From the IMG/VR virus record IMGVR_UViG_3300022925_000006: 64,000 bases of DNA; one strand, given 5' to 3'. Shown here one piece after another: positions 17,211 to 26,941 of the stretch; the first letter of the stretch is position 1, and the number at the start of each line of letters is the position of its first letter. The notes below the pieces were generated by a model that was not told the DNA's origin, did no database searches, and worked only from the letters and a program-made list of their open reading frames with translations. The translations under genes were made by a program, and so were the position numbers. Source of the stretch: a virus.

Positions 17211-17810
17211 ATGGAACAGTGGAAATTGCGTTACCAAACCTATCTGTTGAAACACGAAGCAAAACAGAATCGTGGTGCAAAGTATTCTCGTGATACTGAG
17301 AAGACCAAGACCTATAAAGCGGAGTGGTCATTCCAATCTAGTGCAGAGATTCCTGACTTCAAAGACCTTAAAGAAGCGCAGAACTTTGCAAAGAAACTCT
17401 ACAAGAGTAAGACGTGGATTAAATTGTGGCAGAAATCTATTGAGAATGATGTTGGTAAAATCTTTAACGGACAACCTCAAGTAGTTGGTATGTCACGTAA
17501 GAGTAAAACCATGGCGGGATACACCAACGGTACTACCGTTACACTTTGTCCTGTTACTGGAATGAATAAGTATGTACTGTTACATGAACTTGCACACTGT
17601 CTCGGACACATGCATCACGGACGTTCGTTCCGTCAATGCGTCCTGAGTCTGGTTGGTGCATTCATGGGTGCGAAAGAAAAGAAAATTCTGAAGGCGGAAT
17701 TTAAGAAACGTAAACTCGCTTGTGGCGAGGCACGTAAACCAATGACCTATGAACAGTGGGTCTCTTCTGTAAGACGTATGGAGAAAATGCGAAATGAAAA
17801 TGAAAATTGA
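17211..17810 (+). CDS. Metallopeptidase-like (SprT/M48-type) protein
   Basis: VLLHELAH.....HHG..F motif. Confidence 0.7.
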   Translation: MEQWKLRYQTYLLKHEAKQNRGAKYSRDTEKTKTYKAEWSFQSSAEIPDFKDLKEAQNFAKKLYKSKTWIKLWQKSIENDVGKIFNGQPQVVGMSRKSKTMAGYTNGTTVTLCPVTGMNKYVLLHELAHCLGHMHHGRSFRQCVLSLVGAFMGAKEKKILKAEFKKRKLACGEARKPMTYEQWVSSVRRMEKMRNENEN

Positions 17811-18045
17811 AATTGATAGTAGTGCTTGGTTCACCGAGAAGGGTGTAGAAGTGACAACCTTTATCGGAAACTGTGATGAGCCTGTCGTGGAAATAACAGA
17901 ATTGTATAAAGATTTGATTGATAAGGAACTTGATGCACATCGATTCCCCGATGGGACGATTGACGAGAGGGCCGAAGATTTTGTCTTAGCGCTTGAGTCA
18001 GCGGCCGCTTATGCGAGGAAAGAATTGGAGTTCAGACGTGGTTAA
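17794..18045 (+). CDS. Hypothetical protein
   Basis: Overlapping, co-oriented ORF. Confidence 0.6.
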   Translation: MKMKIEIDSSAWFTEKGVEVTTFIGNCDEPVVEITELYKDLIDKELDAHRFPDGTIDERAEDFVLALESAAAYARKELEFRRG

Positions 18046-18337
18046 AGAAGTACCGACACTCGAAGAAATTGAAAACAGTAATCGTTGGCAGAAGTCAGCT
18101 ACACCTAAACAAGACCTTAGTTGGTACATAAAGTGGGTAGCGTCCGTCTTGATACTTGCTGGAATGTCTATTCGAGGACTTGAAGGATTTCAGTTGTGGG
18201 ACTTGACAATTTCTGCGGCAGGTGTTACTCTATGGTTATGGGTAAGTATATTATGGAAAGACCGTGCATTGATTGTTGTGAACAGTGTTGGTCTATTATT
18301 ATTGATTCGCAACCTTATTGGAGCATTGAATGTTTGA
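18038..18337 (+). CDS. Small 3-TM membrane protein
   Basis: WYIKWVAS...W.DRALIVVN; GGAG SD before the GTG. Confidence 0.65.
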   Translation: MVKEVPTLEEIENSNRWQKSATPKQDLSWYIKWVASVLILAGMSIRGLEGFQLWDLTISAAGVTLWLWVSILWKDRALIVVNSVGLLLLIRNLIGALNV

Positions 18338-19007
18338 ACATGAGAACATAGAACTGACTGAAATGGATGCAGTCACAACCGAAACTGGTCGTAAATACAG
18401 GACACCAGACGGGATTGACCTACCATCTATTACAACAGTACTGTCTATTCTGTCTCGTGATTCTATTGCGAAGTGGCGTAAACGTGTGGGTGAGGAGGAG
18501 GCAAACCGTGTCTCTACCCGTGCCTCTGGTCGTGGTACACGTGTTCACGAAATCTGTGAAAAGTATGTGGACAATGACCCCGATTATAAAGAAGGTTATA
18601 CACCCGATATCATTGAGTCATTCATGCAGTTACAACCTATCTTGGATGAACGTCTGACTAAGGTCTATGCACAAGAAGCGCCTCTCTACTCCACCCATCT
18701 TGGGGTGGCAGGTCGTGTTGACTGTGTTGGTATCTTTGATGGTAAACTATCCATCATCGACTACAAGACCTCTATGAAACCTAAGAAACTAGAATGGGTC
18801 AAGAACTACTTCATGCAAGAAGCTGGTTATGCTGTAATGTGGGAAGAACGTACAGGAATGCCGATTACTCAATTGGTTACCATCATCTCTGTTGATAACA
18901 GTGAACCTCAAGTGTTTATTGAACACCGTGACAACTGGGTGAATACTTTGCGAAATACCATAGAAAAATACAACGAGGAGCAAAATTCGACTTCCATTTT
19001 GTTATAA
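18330..19007 (+). CDS. PD-(D/E)XK exonuclease (Cas4/RecB-like phage exonuclease)
   Basis: PSITTVL, RGT.VH, AGRVDC, IIDYKTS, Y.MQ..GYA. Confidence 0.85.
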   Translation: MFEHENIELTEMDAVTTETGRKYRTPDGIDLPSITTVLSILSRDSIAKWRKRVGEEEANRVSTRASGRGTRVHEICEKYVDNDPDYKEGYTPDIIESFMQLQPILDERLTKVYAQEAPLYSTHLGVAGRVDCVGIFDGKLSIIDYKTSMKPKKLEWVKNYFMQEAGYAVMWEERTGMPITQLVTIISVDNSEPQVFIEHRDNWVNTLRNTIEKYNEEQNSTSILL

Positions 19008-19010
19008 ATA
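19003..19010 (+). promoter_or_regulatory. T4-type late promoter
   Basis: Exact TATAAATA heading the 19047-27614 block. Confidence 0.75.
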
Positions 19011-19046
19011 GTGGTATAATACACTTTTATAACTTATGGGATATCG

Positions 19047-20339
19047 ATGTTACAGTTTAGTCAACTCAACGAAACTTCCTTAACTTTTGGGGAAATTGTG
19101 CGTCCTGATAGGGCGTATCGTGCTGACCTATTCATTACGAAATACAAATCTGGAGAACCCTTTGAGACTACTGGTGGTGATAAGGTAGTTCTTCAGTATG
19201 ACCCCTCAGTAGAAAAGGCAATTCGCACTGGAAATAATAAAGGTCTACCTACCAAAGCACTCAAGACTCTGGATGGCCAAGAACTTACATTCGGTAAACT
19301 AAAGAAGACCGCAGAGTTTGGTGGTGGTCGTGGTTCTGGTGGTGGTTCAGATAACACTCGTGCAACCGAATCCGCACAATGTGTTTATGCACAATTGATG
19401 TGGGACAACCCCAATACAAAATTCTCTCCTGACGAACTCAAGTCTGCATTCCAGAAAACAAATACCGATGCCAAGTTAGACGAGATTCTACTGAATGATG
19501 ACCAGTGGATTGCATCATCTATTAACGGTGCAAGGATTCTTCATAAAGTATTGAAGAAGAAACAGTATACATGGCATCGTGGTTCACAGTGGGTTTCTAA
19601 ACTTGAAGAAGTATTCAAGAAACTCAATAGTGAAGAGAAACTATTCAGTAACGTAAATAAATGGACTCCCGCAGATATCTGGGCAGTCGCTCGTGGTGCA
19701 GAAAACAAATACAACATTCATGGTGCAAAAAGTTTCTCAGAACTTAACAATGAACTCTTGAAAGCATATGCCGCTCGTGATATAATGGGTATATCACTCA
19801 AGAAGATTGGGAAGAAACCTAAATTGTCACAAGTAAATTTCCGTGCGCCATTCGTACCACCCAAATTTATCAAACAAACCTTCGGTAAGAAGAACTTCTA
19901 TGGTGCAAAGGACGGATACTTGTACGGGTCTGGTGGATTCCAGATTCAGTTCCGTACCTTTCCAACCTTCCAATGTGAGATTGTTGGTAAGAAAGCGAAA
20001 CATGGTAAGGTGTCCTATGGTGGTATCAGTGATGCAATGAAAGATGCAACTGGTAGACCCCTGACAAATAAAAAGGTTGTTGAACAGATGTTGAAGAACA
20101 AACCCGATATGTTCTATGATAACTTCTGGAAAAACTATTCAATGACTAGTGAGAAAGATAGTAAAGAAACTCTCATGGCAAATCTACAGAAGAAAGACTT
20201 TGAGTGGAACGTATCTAAGTACATGGTATTGGAACTATTTACTGCAATCAAAGGTCGGGAACAACAAGTACTGGACTACCTAGTTCGTATCGCAAAGTCA
20301 CAAACAAAGAACTCCGCTGTTCACTTGAAGGTGTCGTAA
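19047..20339 (+). CDS. Putative virion-packaged protein with a restriction-endonuclease-like fold
   Basis: TESAQC / KWTPADIW / GISLKK resemble PD-(D/E)XK motifs; CTS-like N-terminus MLQFSQLNE. Confidence 0.5.
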   Translation: MLQFSQLNETSLTFGEIVRPDRAYRADLFITKYKSGEPFETTGGDKVVLQYDPSVEKAIRTGNNKGLPTKALKTLDGQELTFGKLKKTAEFGGGRGSGGGSDNTRATESAQCVYAQLMWDNPNTKFSPDELKSAFQKTNTDAKLDEILLNDDQWIASSINGARILHKVLKKKQYTWHRGSQWVSKLEEVFKKLNSEEKLFSNVNKWTPADIWAVARGAENKYNIHGAKSFSELNNELLKAYAARDIMGISLKKIGKKPKLSQVNFRAPFVPPKFIKQTFGKKNFYGAKDGYLYGSGGFQIQFRTFPTFQCEIVGKKAKHGKVSYGGISDAMKDATGRPLTNKKVVEQMLKNKPDMFYDNFWKNYSMTSEKDSKETLMANLQKKDFEWNVSKYMVLELFTAIKGREQQVLDYLVRIAKSQTKNSAVHLKVS

Positions 20340-21559
20340 TGAATTTTAATGATTTTATAACAGAACAGAAGAATACTCACATGACCCATATTGAGGATAA
20401 GGTTCTCTATGGGGGTGTGAATGGTACACGTCAAGCAATCAATGCACTACGTGAACTCCGTGATATGTTAGCTGGACAAACTGACTCTAAACTGTCAACC
20501 AAGTGGGACGGTGCTCCCGCAGTCTTCTGTGGTCAAGACCCTAGTGACGGGAATTTCTTTGTTGCGAAGAAAGGTATCTTTGCAAAGAATCCTAAAATCT
20601 ATAAATCTGCACAAGAGATTGACGCAGACATGTCGGGTGACCTTGCAGACAAGATGAAACTTGCATTGAAACATTTACCAGAACTTGGTATCAAGGGTGT
20701 GATTCAAGGGGACTTCTTGTTTTCAAAACCAGACGTTAGTACCGATACCATTGATGGTCAGAAGTACACAACCTTTCACCCCAACACTATCATCTATGCA
20801 GTACCCTATGACCAAGCTGATGCAATCCGTAAGGCAAAGATTGGTATCGTCTGGCACACTACATATACGGGTAAAGACTTTGAGTCGATGAAAGCATCAT
20901 ATGGTGTAGACGTGTCGAAATTTAAGAGTTCTGTAAACGTATGGTCACAGGACGCAATGTTGCGTGACGTGTCTGGTGCGACCATGAACAAGAAAGAAAC
21001 CGCAGAGGTAACCAAACATTTGTCCGATGCGGGTAAGATATTCAACAAGATATCTGGTTCCACCTTACGTGAGTTAGAACGTAATCAAAACCTTGCTCAA
21101 CTTATTGAACAGTACAATAACACTTTTGTGCGGCAACAAATGGTCATTTCTAACACTAATGCACACGTAACAGGTTTAATCAAGTGGTTGAATGATAAGT
21201 TTCAGAAAGAAGCTGACAAACGTAGTACCGAAAAGGGTAAAATGGTTCAGTTTAAGAAACTAGAAGAGTTGATGAAGTTCTTCTCTACAAGAAACAAAAA
21301 GAATCTAGTTGCAATGTTTGATTTGCAAAAAAATATTGTTCTTGCAAAACTAAAACTTATAAATAAACTTAATAGCATAAGTTCAATTGACTCTTTCGTC
21401 CAGACCAAAAAAGGTTATAAGGTTAAGACGGGAGCTGAAGGATTTGTCGCTATTGATAAACTAGGTGGTGATGCGGTCAAGTTGGTTGACCGTCTAGAAT
21501 TTTCGTATAATAACTTCAGTCCAGATATACTGAAGGGATGGGATAAACCAAAGAGGTAA
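20339..21559 (+). CDS. DUF6267-like protein with ligase/capping nucleotidyltransferase motifs
   Basis: STKWDG (motif I), QGDF (III), EGFV (IV), VKLV (V); N-terminus MNFNDFITE. Confidence 0.6.
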   Translation: MNFNDFITEQKNTHMTHIEDKVLYGGVNGTRQAINALRELRDMLAGQTDSKLSTKWDGAPAVFCGQDPSDGNFFVAKKGIFAKNPKIYKSAQEIDADMSGDLADKMKLALKHLPELGIKGVIQGDFLFSKPDVSTDTIDGQKYTTFHPNTIIYAVPYDQADAIRKAKIGIVWHTTYTGKDFESMKASYGVDVSKFKSSVNVWSQDAMLRDVSGATMNKKETAEVTKHLSDAGKIFNKISGSTLRELERNQNLAQLIEQYNNTFVRQQMVISNTNAHVTGLIKWLNDKFQKEADKRSTEKGKMVQFKKLEELMKFFSTRNKKNLVAMFDLQKNIVLAKLKLINKLNSISSIDSFVQTKKGYKVKTGAEGFVAIDKLGGDAVKLVDRLEFSYNNFSPDILKGWDKPKR

Positions 21560-21562
21560 ACT

Positions 21563-22045
21563 ATGGCTAAACCAATGAGCCTAAAAACATTTCTAAATGT
21601 GGACTACACTCAGACGGGTGATGAGTACCAAGCAACCAATGCAAAGAAGCGTAAGCGTGATATTGGGGCTGGAACTGACGCTGAGTATTCTTCAACGAAT
21701 CCGCCTACAAAAGACGAGGCACTAACTTTACAACAACGTATGAAGTTATCTCGTTCTCTCAAAAAGAACAAAGCAAAAATTGCTATGGGTCGCAAACGTG
21801 CTGAACGTAAAGTCGCTGATGTTGACACTTTAAAAAAACGTGCAAAGAAACAAGCACGTATGCAATTCTTTAAAAAAATCACTAAGGGTGTGGATAAGGG
21901 TGAAATGTCAATGGGTCGCAGAGCGTCCATTGAGAAACGCCTAGATAAGATGAAACCCAAGATTGATAAACTCGCAAAGAAATTACTTCCGAAGGTTCGT
22001 AAAGGTGAACTTGAACGGAAGAGAGGTGGAAACAAAAGTGATTAA
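21563..22045 (+). CDS. Basic helical protein
   Basis: K/R-rich; GAGG SD. Confidence 0.7.
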   Translation: MAKPMSLKTFLNVDYTQTGDEYQATNAKKRKRDIGAGTDAEYSSTNPPTKDEALTLQQRMKLSRSLKKNKAKIAMGRKRAERKVADVDTLKKRAKKQARMQFFKKITKGVDKGEMSMGRRASIEKRLDKMKPKIDKLAKKLLPKVRKGELERKRGGNKSD

Positions 22046-23909
22046 AGATTTTAAATCCTATCTAGTCGAAGAGGCTAAAGAGGTTTATTTTACGTTTGGT
22101 AGAATGAATCCGCCTACGATTGGCCATGGAAAAGTATTAGATACCATTGCACAAAAGGCCAAGGGGGCAGACTGGAAGGTCTATGTCTCTCAGTCTACTG
22201 GTGCAAAAGACCCACTATCATATTCTGACAAAGTAAAACACCTACGTAAGATGTTTCCGAAACATGGTCGTAACATCATGGTCGATAAGGGTGTGAAGAG
22301 CGTATTCGATATTGCTGCCAAGTTGTATGACCAAGGATACAAGAAAATCACTATGGTAGTCGGAGAAGACCGTCTACGTGAGTTTGATGTCCTGTTGAAT
22401 AAGTATAATGGTAAGAAAGCACGTCACGGATTCTATAACTTCGAGTCTATCAATGTTGTGTCGGCTGGTCGTAGAGACCCTGATGCCGAAGGTGTGGAAG
22501 GTATGTCTGCGTCCAAACAACGTGCCAATGCCAAAGAGAACGATTACCAATCATTCACACAGGGTGTTCCGAAAGGAATGTCTGACCGTGATACTCGTAG
22601 ATTGTTTAATGATGTTCGTAAAGGTTTAGGTCTCAAGGAAGAGCATTCTTTTAAACGCCACATCGAACTACCTAAAGTCTCTGACCTGAGAGAACAATTC
22701 GTTAAAGGTGAGTTGTTCGAACTGGGTGATACTGTTGTTATCAAAGAAAGTGATGAGGTTGGTACAGTATCAGTCCTTGGCGCTAACTATGTCATCGTAG
22801 AATGTGGTGACCGTAAAATCCGTAAGTGGTTAGACGCAGTAGAGTTGGTAGAGAAAAAGGCAGTCCAAGACCCTGATATCAAAGACAAGGAAGGTACTCA
22901 ACCTAAGAAGTACTATGCAGGTTTAGAGAAGTCTACCAAGAGTAAGCGTGATGCACATTTCAAGAAACATGGTAAGAAGGCAGACGATGATGATTCCGCC
23001 TATAAACCCGCTCCTGGCGATAAGACAGCAAAAACGAAACCATCCAAGTACACCAAGCAGTTCAAGGACATGTATGACGAAGACTGTTGGGACGGTTATA
23101 AACAAGTCGGTATGAAGAAGAAGGGGAACAAGACTGTTCAGACCGAAGATGTGTCACAACAAGAACTTAATGACCTAGAGAAATTCGCAGACAGACTCCT
23201 CAACAAGTTCGATGTCGATATTGAATTCACAAGGCATTTCGCTGACCGTATGAATGACAAACGTAACAAACCCGCAATCACTGTGGCAGAGTTACAACGT
23301 CTGTTCAAGAAGATGGCCCAGAACAAGGGTAAGAAGATTAAGAAACACGGTAACAGTGAAGCTATTCTCAAGGACATGCAGTCCGACCTAAATCTGCCTG
23401 TGGTTATCAACTGGAAGAACGGTGAGTTCGAAGTTGTTAACAAAACAATAATGCGTAAGAAGGCATTCAAGTCACCTGACCCAGAACTCAAGTATGAAGG
23501 TATGGCATTCGACAAACTGAAGTCTATGACTGTCGGTAAGAAACAGTATCAAGACGCATTACAAGCCCTGAAGAAACTACTTGCACGTAAGAAAAAAGAG
23601 AGTGGTGGTAAACTAAGACACTCTACCCACTACTACGCCATGCAGATTGCCAAAACCTATAACAACATGAATGATAAAGTACTTCATAAAATGTTGGGTG
23701 AAGAAAGTGGTGCAGGCGAAGAAGGTACGGATAAACTTCTGAAGAAGTATAAAAAAGATACTCCGATGGAAGAAGACGCAGTTCAAGATGCAAAAGACCG
23801 TATCAAACGTGAGAAAGAACAAGATAAGAAGAAACACGATTCACTACTTGACCGTGCCAGACTTGCACGTGCAAGAACAAAAAATAGAAATACTAGACCC
23901 AATGAATAA
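22038..23909 (+). CDS. HIGH-motif cytidylyltransferase/NMNAT-like protein with a multi-domain C-terminal extension
   Basis: FTFGRMNPPTIGH, VVGEDR, MSAS; GTG start with GAGGTGG SD gives MIKDFKSYLVEE. Confidence 0.8.
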   Translation: MIKDFKSYLVEEAKEVYFTFGRMNPPTIGHGKVLDTIAQKAKGADWKVYVSQSTGAKDPLSYSDKVKHLRKMFPKHGRNIMVDKGVKSVFDIAAKLYDQGYKKITMVVGEDRLREFDVLLNKYNGKKARHGFYNFESINVVSAGRRDPDAEGVEGMSASKQRANAKENDYQSFTQGVPKGMSDRDTRRLFNDVRKGLGLKEEHSFKRHIELPKVSDLREQFVKGELFELGDTVVIKESDEVGTVSVLGANYVIVECGDRKIRKWLDAVELVEKKAVQDPDIKDKEGTQPKKYYAGLEKSTKSKRDAHFKKHGKKADDDDSAYKPAPGDKTAKTKPSKYTKQFKDMYDEDCWDGYKQVGMKKKGNKTVQTEDVSQQELNDLEKFADRLLNKFDVDIEFTRHFADRMNDKRNKPAITVAELQRLFKKMAQNKGKKIKKHGNSEAILKDMQSDLNLPVVINWKNGEFEVVNKTIMRKKAFKSPDPELKYEGMAFDKLKSMTVGKKQYQDALQALKKLLARKKKESGGKLRHSTHYYAMQIAKTYNNMNDKVLHKMLGEESGAGEEGTDKLLKKYKKDTPMEEDAVQDAKDRIKREKEQDKKKHDSLLDRARLARARTKNRNTRPNE

Positions 23910-24129
23910 ATTCAATCAACATATTGAAGAAGGTGCGTTGGCTGATAAGTCCAAGAAGTCTGGTATATCTGTCGATACATTAAGAAAGGTTTATAATCGT
24001 GGTGTTGCAGCATGGAAGACTGGTCACAGACCAGGCACTACTCCCCAACAATGGGGATATGCTCGTGTTAATGCCTTCATAGTAAAAAAGAAAAAAGGTG
24101 GTCTGAACCACGATAAGGATTTAGCGTAA
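23902..24129 (+). CDS. Small conserved phage protein (DUF5824-like)
   Basis: LRKVYNRGVAAWKTGHRPG.TPQQW.YARVNAF; N-terminus MNKFNQHIEE. Confidence 0.7.
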   Translation: MNKFNQHIEEGALADKSKKSGISVDTLRKVYNRGVAAWKTGHRPGTTPQQWGYARVNAFIVKKKKGGLNHDKDLA

Positions 24130-25424
24130 TGAAAACATTAAAAGAACTCAGAGAAAAGACTCTGACTCCCGCAGAGAAAAAGAAACGGGAAGAGATTGCC
24201 AAGTCAATGGAGAAAGACAATCCTGACATGCCTATGGGCAAGAAGATGGCGATTGCTACTGCCACCGCAAAACGTGTCGCTGAAAGTGACTTCGAACCTC
24301 ATATGATGTATGACCCGAAGACTGGTGAGTCCGAGAAGGCAGAGAAACCTGAAGACCATGAACGTCTGAAGAAGAAGGGTTATACTCACGAGAAACCAGA
24401 AGTTAAAGAATCCAAATCCGCAACACAGAGTGATGATGATTGGGTTGTAGTTGGAAAGGGTAGAAAACCTGTTCGGTTTTTGAAGAATCCCAAAAATAAT
24501 AAAGCACCTCGCAACTGGCAAAAATCTTCTGATGAACAAGAAGTAATACGAGTGAGTAAAGCCAAGCAGATGGGTATAATTAAGAAAGAGTCAGTAGAAC
24601 TTGAGGAAGCAAAGTCCTCATCTGGTTACGAACTCTATCACCGTGATTTCTCTGGTGCAATGCAACACGCATATGCACACGCAAAGAAGAAAGGTTTTAC
24701 TGTAGACAAAGACGATATTGATTCCAAGGTTGCAATGGGGCCAAAGAGACCATCCAGTGGTAAGACTAATAGGTATATCCTAGATACCAACAAGAAACAA
24801 AAACTTCACGTACAGGTTGCGAACCTAGACAACAAACGATATGAGTTAAATATGTATATAGAATCTGTTGAATCCCTTGATGAGTCCGTCATCTCCGATG
24901 TCAAGGACATCGTTGCAAACAAACAAGCGAAGAAAATCCAAGGTGTTATGGTTGATATGTTCACCGCATCTGCTATCTCACAAATTTACGACAAAGTGAA
25001 TGATGCGAATAAGGCGAAGATGGACAAGTTAAAGATTACTAAACTTGCTGACCTCGCAATGAAACTCATGAAGAGGGAAGATTTTGTCACAGAGAATACT
25101 CGTGCAAAGCGTGATGCCATGAGAGCCATGGGTAAACGTGGTAAAGATAGTGCTGATATAGATATGGATGCAACTGACGATGACCGCAAGGCAGCATCTA
25201 AAAATGTTCTTATGCAAATCCGTAAAGCGTCTGACCTACCTAAAGGCGGTGAGATTGAGTTCCCTGACAGTGGTAAGAAAGGTAAGATTTCACAGGATGA
25301 CGCAAAGAAGATTTCTAAATTGTTTGACATATTGAAGAAACCACAGGACAAAGAAAAGTTTCAGAAAGTAATATCAAAAGACCTGAAAGGTATTCAGGCA
25401 CTTTTAAAGAGGTTAGGACGATAA
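24129..25424 (+). CDS. Modular putative internal head protein
   Basis: MKTLKELRE N-terminus; several short domains separated by (L/V)xE sites. Confidence 0.6.
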   Translation: MKTLKELREKTLTPAEKKKREEIAKSMEKDNPDMPMGKKMAIATATAKRVAESDFEPHMMYDPKTGESEKAEKPEDHERLKKKGYTHEKPEVKESKSATQSDDDWVVVGKGRKPVRFLKNPKNNKAPRNWQKSSDEQEVIRVSKAKQMGIIKKESVELEEAKSSSGYELYHRDFSGAMQHAYAHAKKKGFTVDKDDIDSKVAMGPKRPSSGKTNRYILDTNKKQKLHVQVANLDNKRYELNMYIESVESLDESVISDVKDIVANKQAKKIQGVMVDMFTASAISQIYDKVNDANKAKMDKLKITKLADLAMKLMKREDFVTENTRAKRDAMRAMGKRGKDSADIDMDATDDDRKAASKNVLMQIRKASDLPKGGEIEFPDSGKKGKISQDDAKKISKLFDILKKPQDKEKFQKVISKDLKGIQALLKRLGR

Positions 25425-25425
25425 A

Positions 25426-26169
25426 ATGTTTAAATCACATTATCTTGGAGACGGTACACTTGCAGAAGGGATTCATATCTCTCGTGGTGCAGTTGCACGA
25501 ACCTCACACATCAACAAGTTTGGGTATAATGCTTCGGTAGGTATAAACTTTGAGACGGTTACTGACTTGGGTGGTGACCAATACTATCCAACAAGTGCGG
25601 GTGTAGTTTCTGTAGTATCTGATGATGCGAATGATGATGATGGTGACACTGGTGCAAGGACTGTTGAGATTCAAGGTCTTGATAGTAACTATGATGAAAT
25701 CTCCGAAACTGTAACACTGAATGGTACAAGTGCGGTAACGACTACTGCATCATTTCTCCGTGTTTTTCGTGGCAAGGTTTTGACTGCTGGGTCAAGTGGA
25801 ACAAATGAAGGTCTTATCACTCTGTCTATTGGTGGTAACAATGTCGCAAGGATTAGTGCGGCTAATGGTGGTCAGACACTCATGGCAGTGTACACTGTTC
25901 CTGCTGGTTGTAAAGCATATCTGATTAAGTTCCAAGGTTCATTAAGTAAGAATCAAGAAGCACAGTTTATGATTAGAACTAAGAATGGAACGCCAGACGC
26001 TGCATGGCAAGTCAAATCTATGTTCGGTACATTTGCAAATACTGTAGGGTATGAGTATCCAGTGCCTCTAGAAATTACCGAAAAGACAGATATTGAGGTT
26101 CGTGTAAAGGCGGGTGCCGTTTCAGAAGCTGGTGCAATTTTTGACATAGTAAAAGTAAGTGATATCTAG
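25426..26169 (+). CDS. Beta-rich putative virion structural protein
   Basis: Rich in G, T and S; in the late block. Confidence 0.55.
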   Translation: MFKSHYLGDGTLAEGIHISRGAVARTSHINKFGYNASVGINFETVTDLGGDQYYPTSAGVVSVVSDDANDDDGDTGARTVEIQGLDSNYDEISETVTLNGTSAVTTTASFLRVFRGKVLTAGSSGTNEGLITLSIGGNNVARISAANGGQTLMAVYTVPAGCKAYLIKFQGSLSKNQEAQFMIRTKNGTPDAAWQVKSMFGTFANTVGYEYPVPLEITEKTDIEVRVKAGAVSEAGAIFDIVKVSDI

Positions 26170-26678
26170 TGAAAAGATTTAACGAACATTGTTGTGGAGG
26201 CGAGTCTACTCTGGTAGAGAATAATATATACCGTGTCGGTTCCGAGTCGTATTTTAAATACTGGCGTGATTTGCGTGAACAGTATCTAAAGGGCGAACTA
26301 CAAATAGACCCCAGTGAGATTGACATTATGGAATCTGACCTTGGTGAGTTCGCACAGTTCAACGGTGAGAATGTTGCATTAGATTGTATCTTTGAGGAAG
26401 AGAAACAACCAGAACTAAACAAACCAAAGAAGGGTGGCCCAAAGAAGTACTACGTGTATGTCAAAGACCCCTCATCTGGTAATATCAAGAAAGTATCTTG
26501 GGGTGATACCACTGGACTTAAAGTCAAGTTGAATGACCCGAAGGCACGTAAGTCATTTGCCGCACGACACGATTGTGCGAACAAAACAGACAAAACAAAA
26601 GCAGGATATTGGGCATGTAGATTGCCTCGTTATGCAAAACAATTAGGACTATCTGGTGGAGGAAGTTTCTTTTGGTAA
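26169..26678 (+). CDS. Conserved phage protein
   Basis: KKYYVYVKDP...VSWGD...RKSFAARHDC....KAGYWAC. Confidence 0.7.
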   Translation: MKRFNEHCCGGESTLVENNIYRVGSESYFKYWRDLREQYLKGELQIDPSEIDIMESDLGEFAQFNGENVALDCIFEEEKQPELNKPKKGGPKKYYVYVKDPSSGNIKKVSWGDTTGLKVKLNDPKARKSFAARHDCANKTDKTKAGYWACRLPRYAKQLGLSGGGSFFW

Positions 26679-26941
26679 AACCCTACATGGAGTTGAAGGT
26701 TCGTAATGGTAAGATAAGGGTTTTTAGAGAAGATGTTAAAGAGGAAGACCTCATTTGGCACCAAGATACTAAGGATAGAAGTATTCATGTCATGGAAGGA
26801 TATGGATGGCAACTACAGATAGACAACGAACATCCTATGGACTTATTAGAAGGACATAGTTATAGTATAGACAAGATGGAATATCACCGAATAATTAAAG
26901 GTGAAGGTGATTTGGTTATTAGAATATATGAAGGTACTTAA
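26672..26941 (+). CDS. Small cupin-like protein
   Basis: WHQD...GWQLQ.D...YHRIIKG. Confidence 0.55.
   Translation: MVKPYMELKVRNGKIRVFREDVKEEDLIWHQDTKDRSIHVMEGYGWQLQIDNEHPMDLLEGHSYSIDKMEYHRIIKGEGDLVIRIYEGT

Noticed and set aside
18330-19007. Cas4-like nuclease suggesting a CRISPR system
   Set aside because: No repeat-spacer array or other cas genes seen; it matches the usual stand-alone T4-like exonuclease.
21358-21365. Additional TATAAATA matches inside coding sequence (also 2926 and, on the minus strand, 63343)
   Set aside because: They are plausible but expected by chance in AT-rich DNA, and cannot be supported without TSS data.
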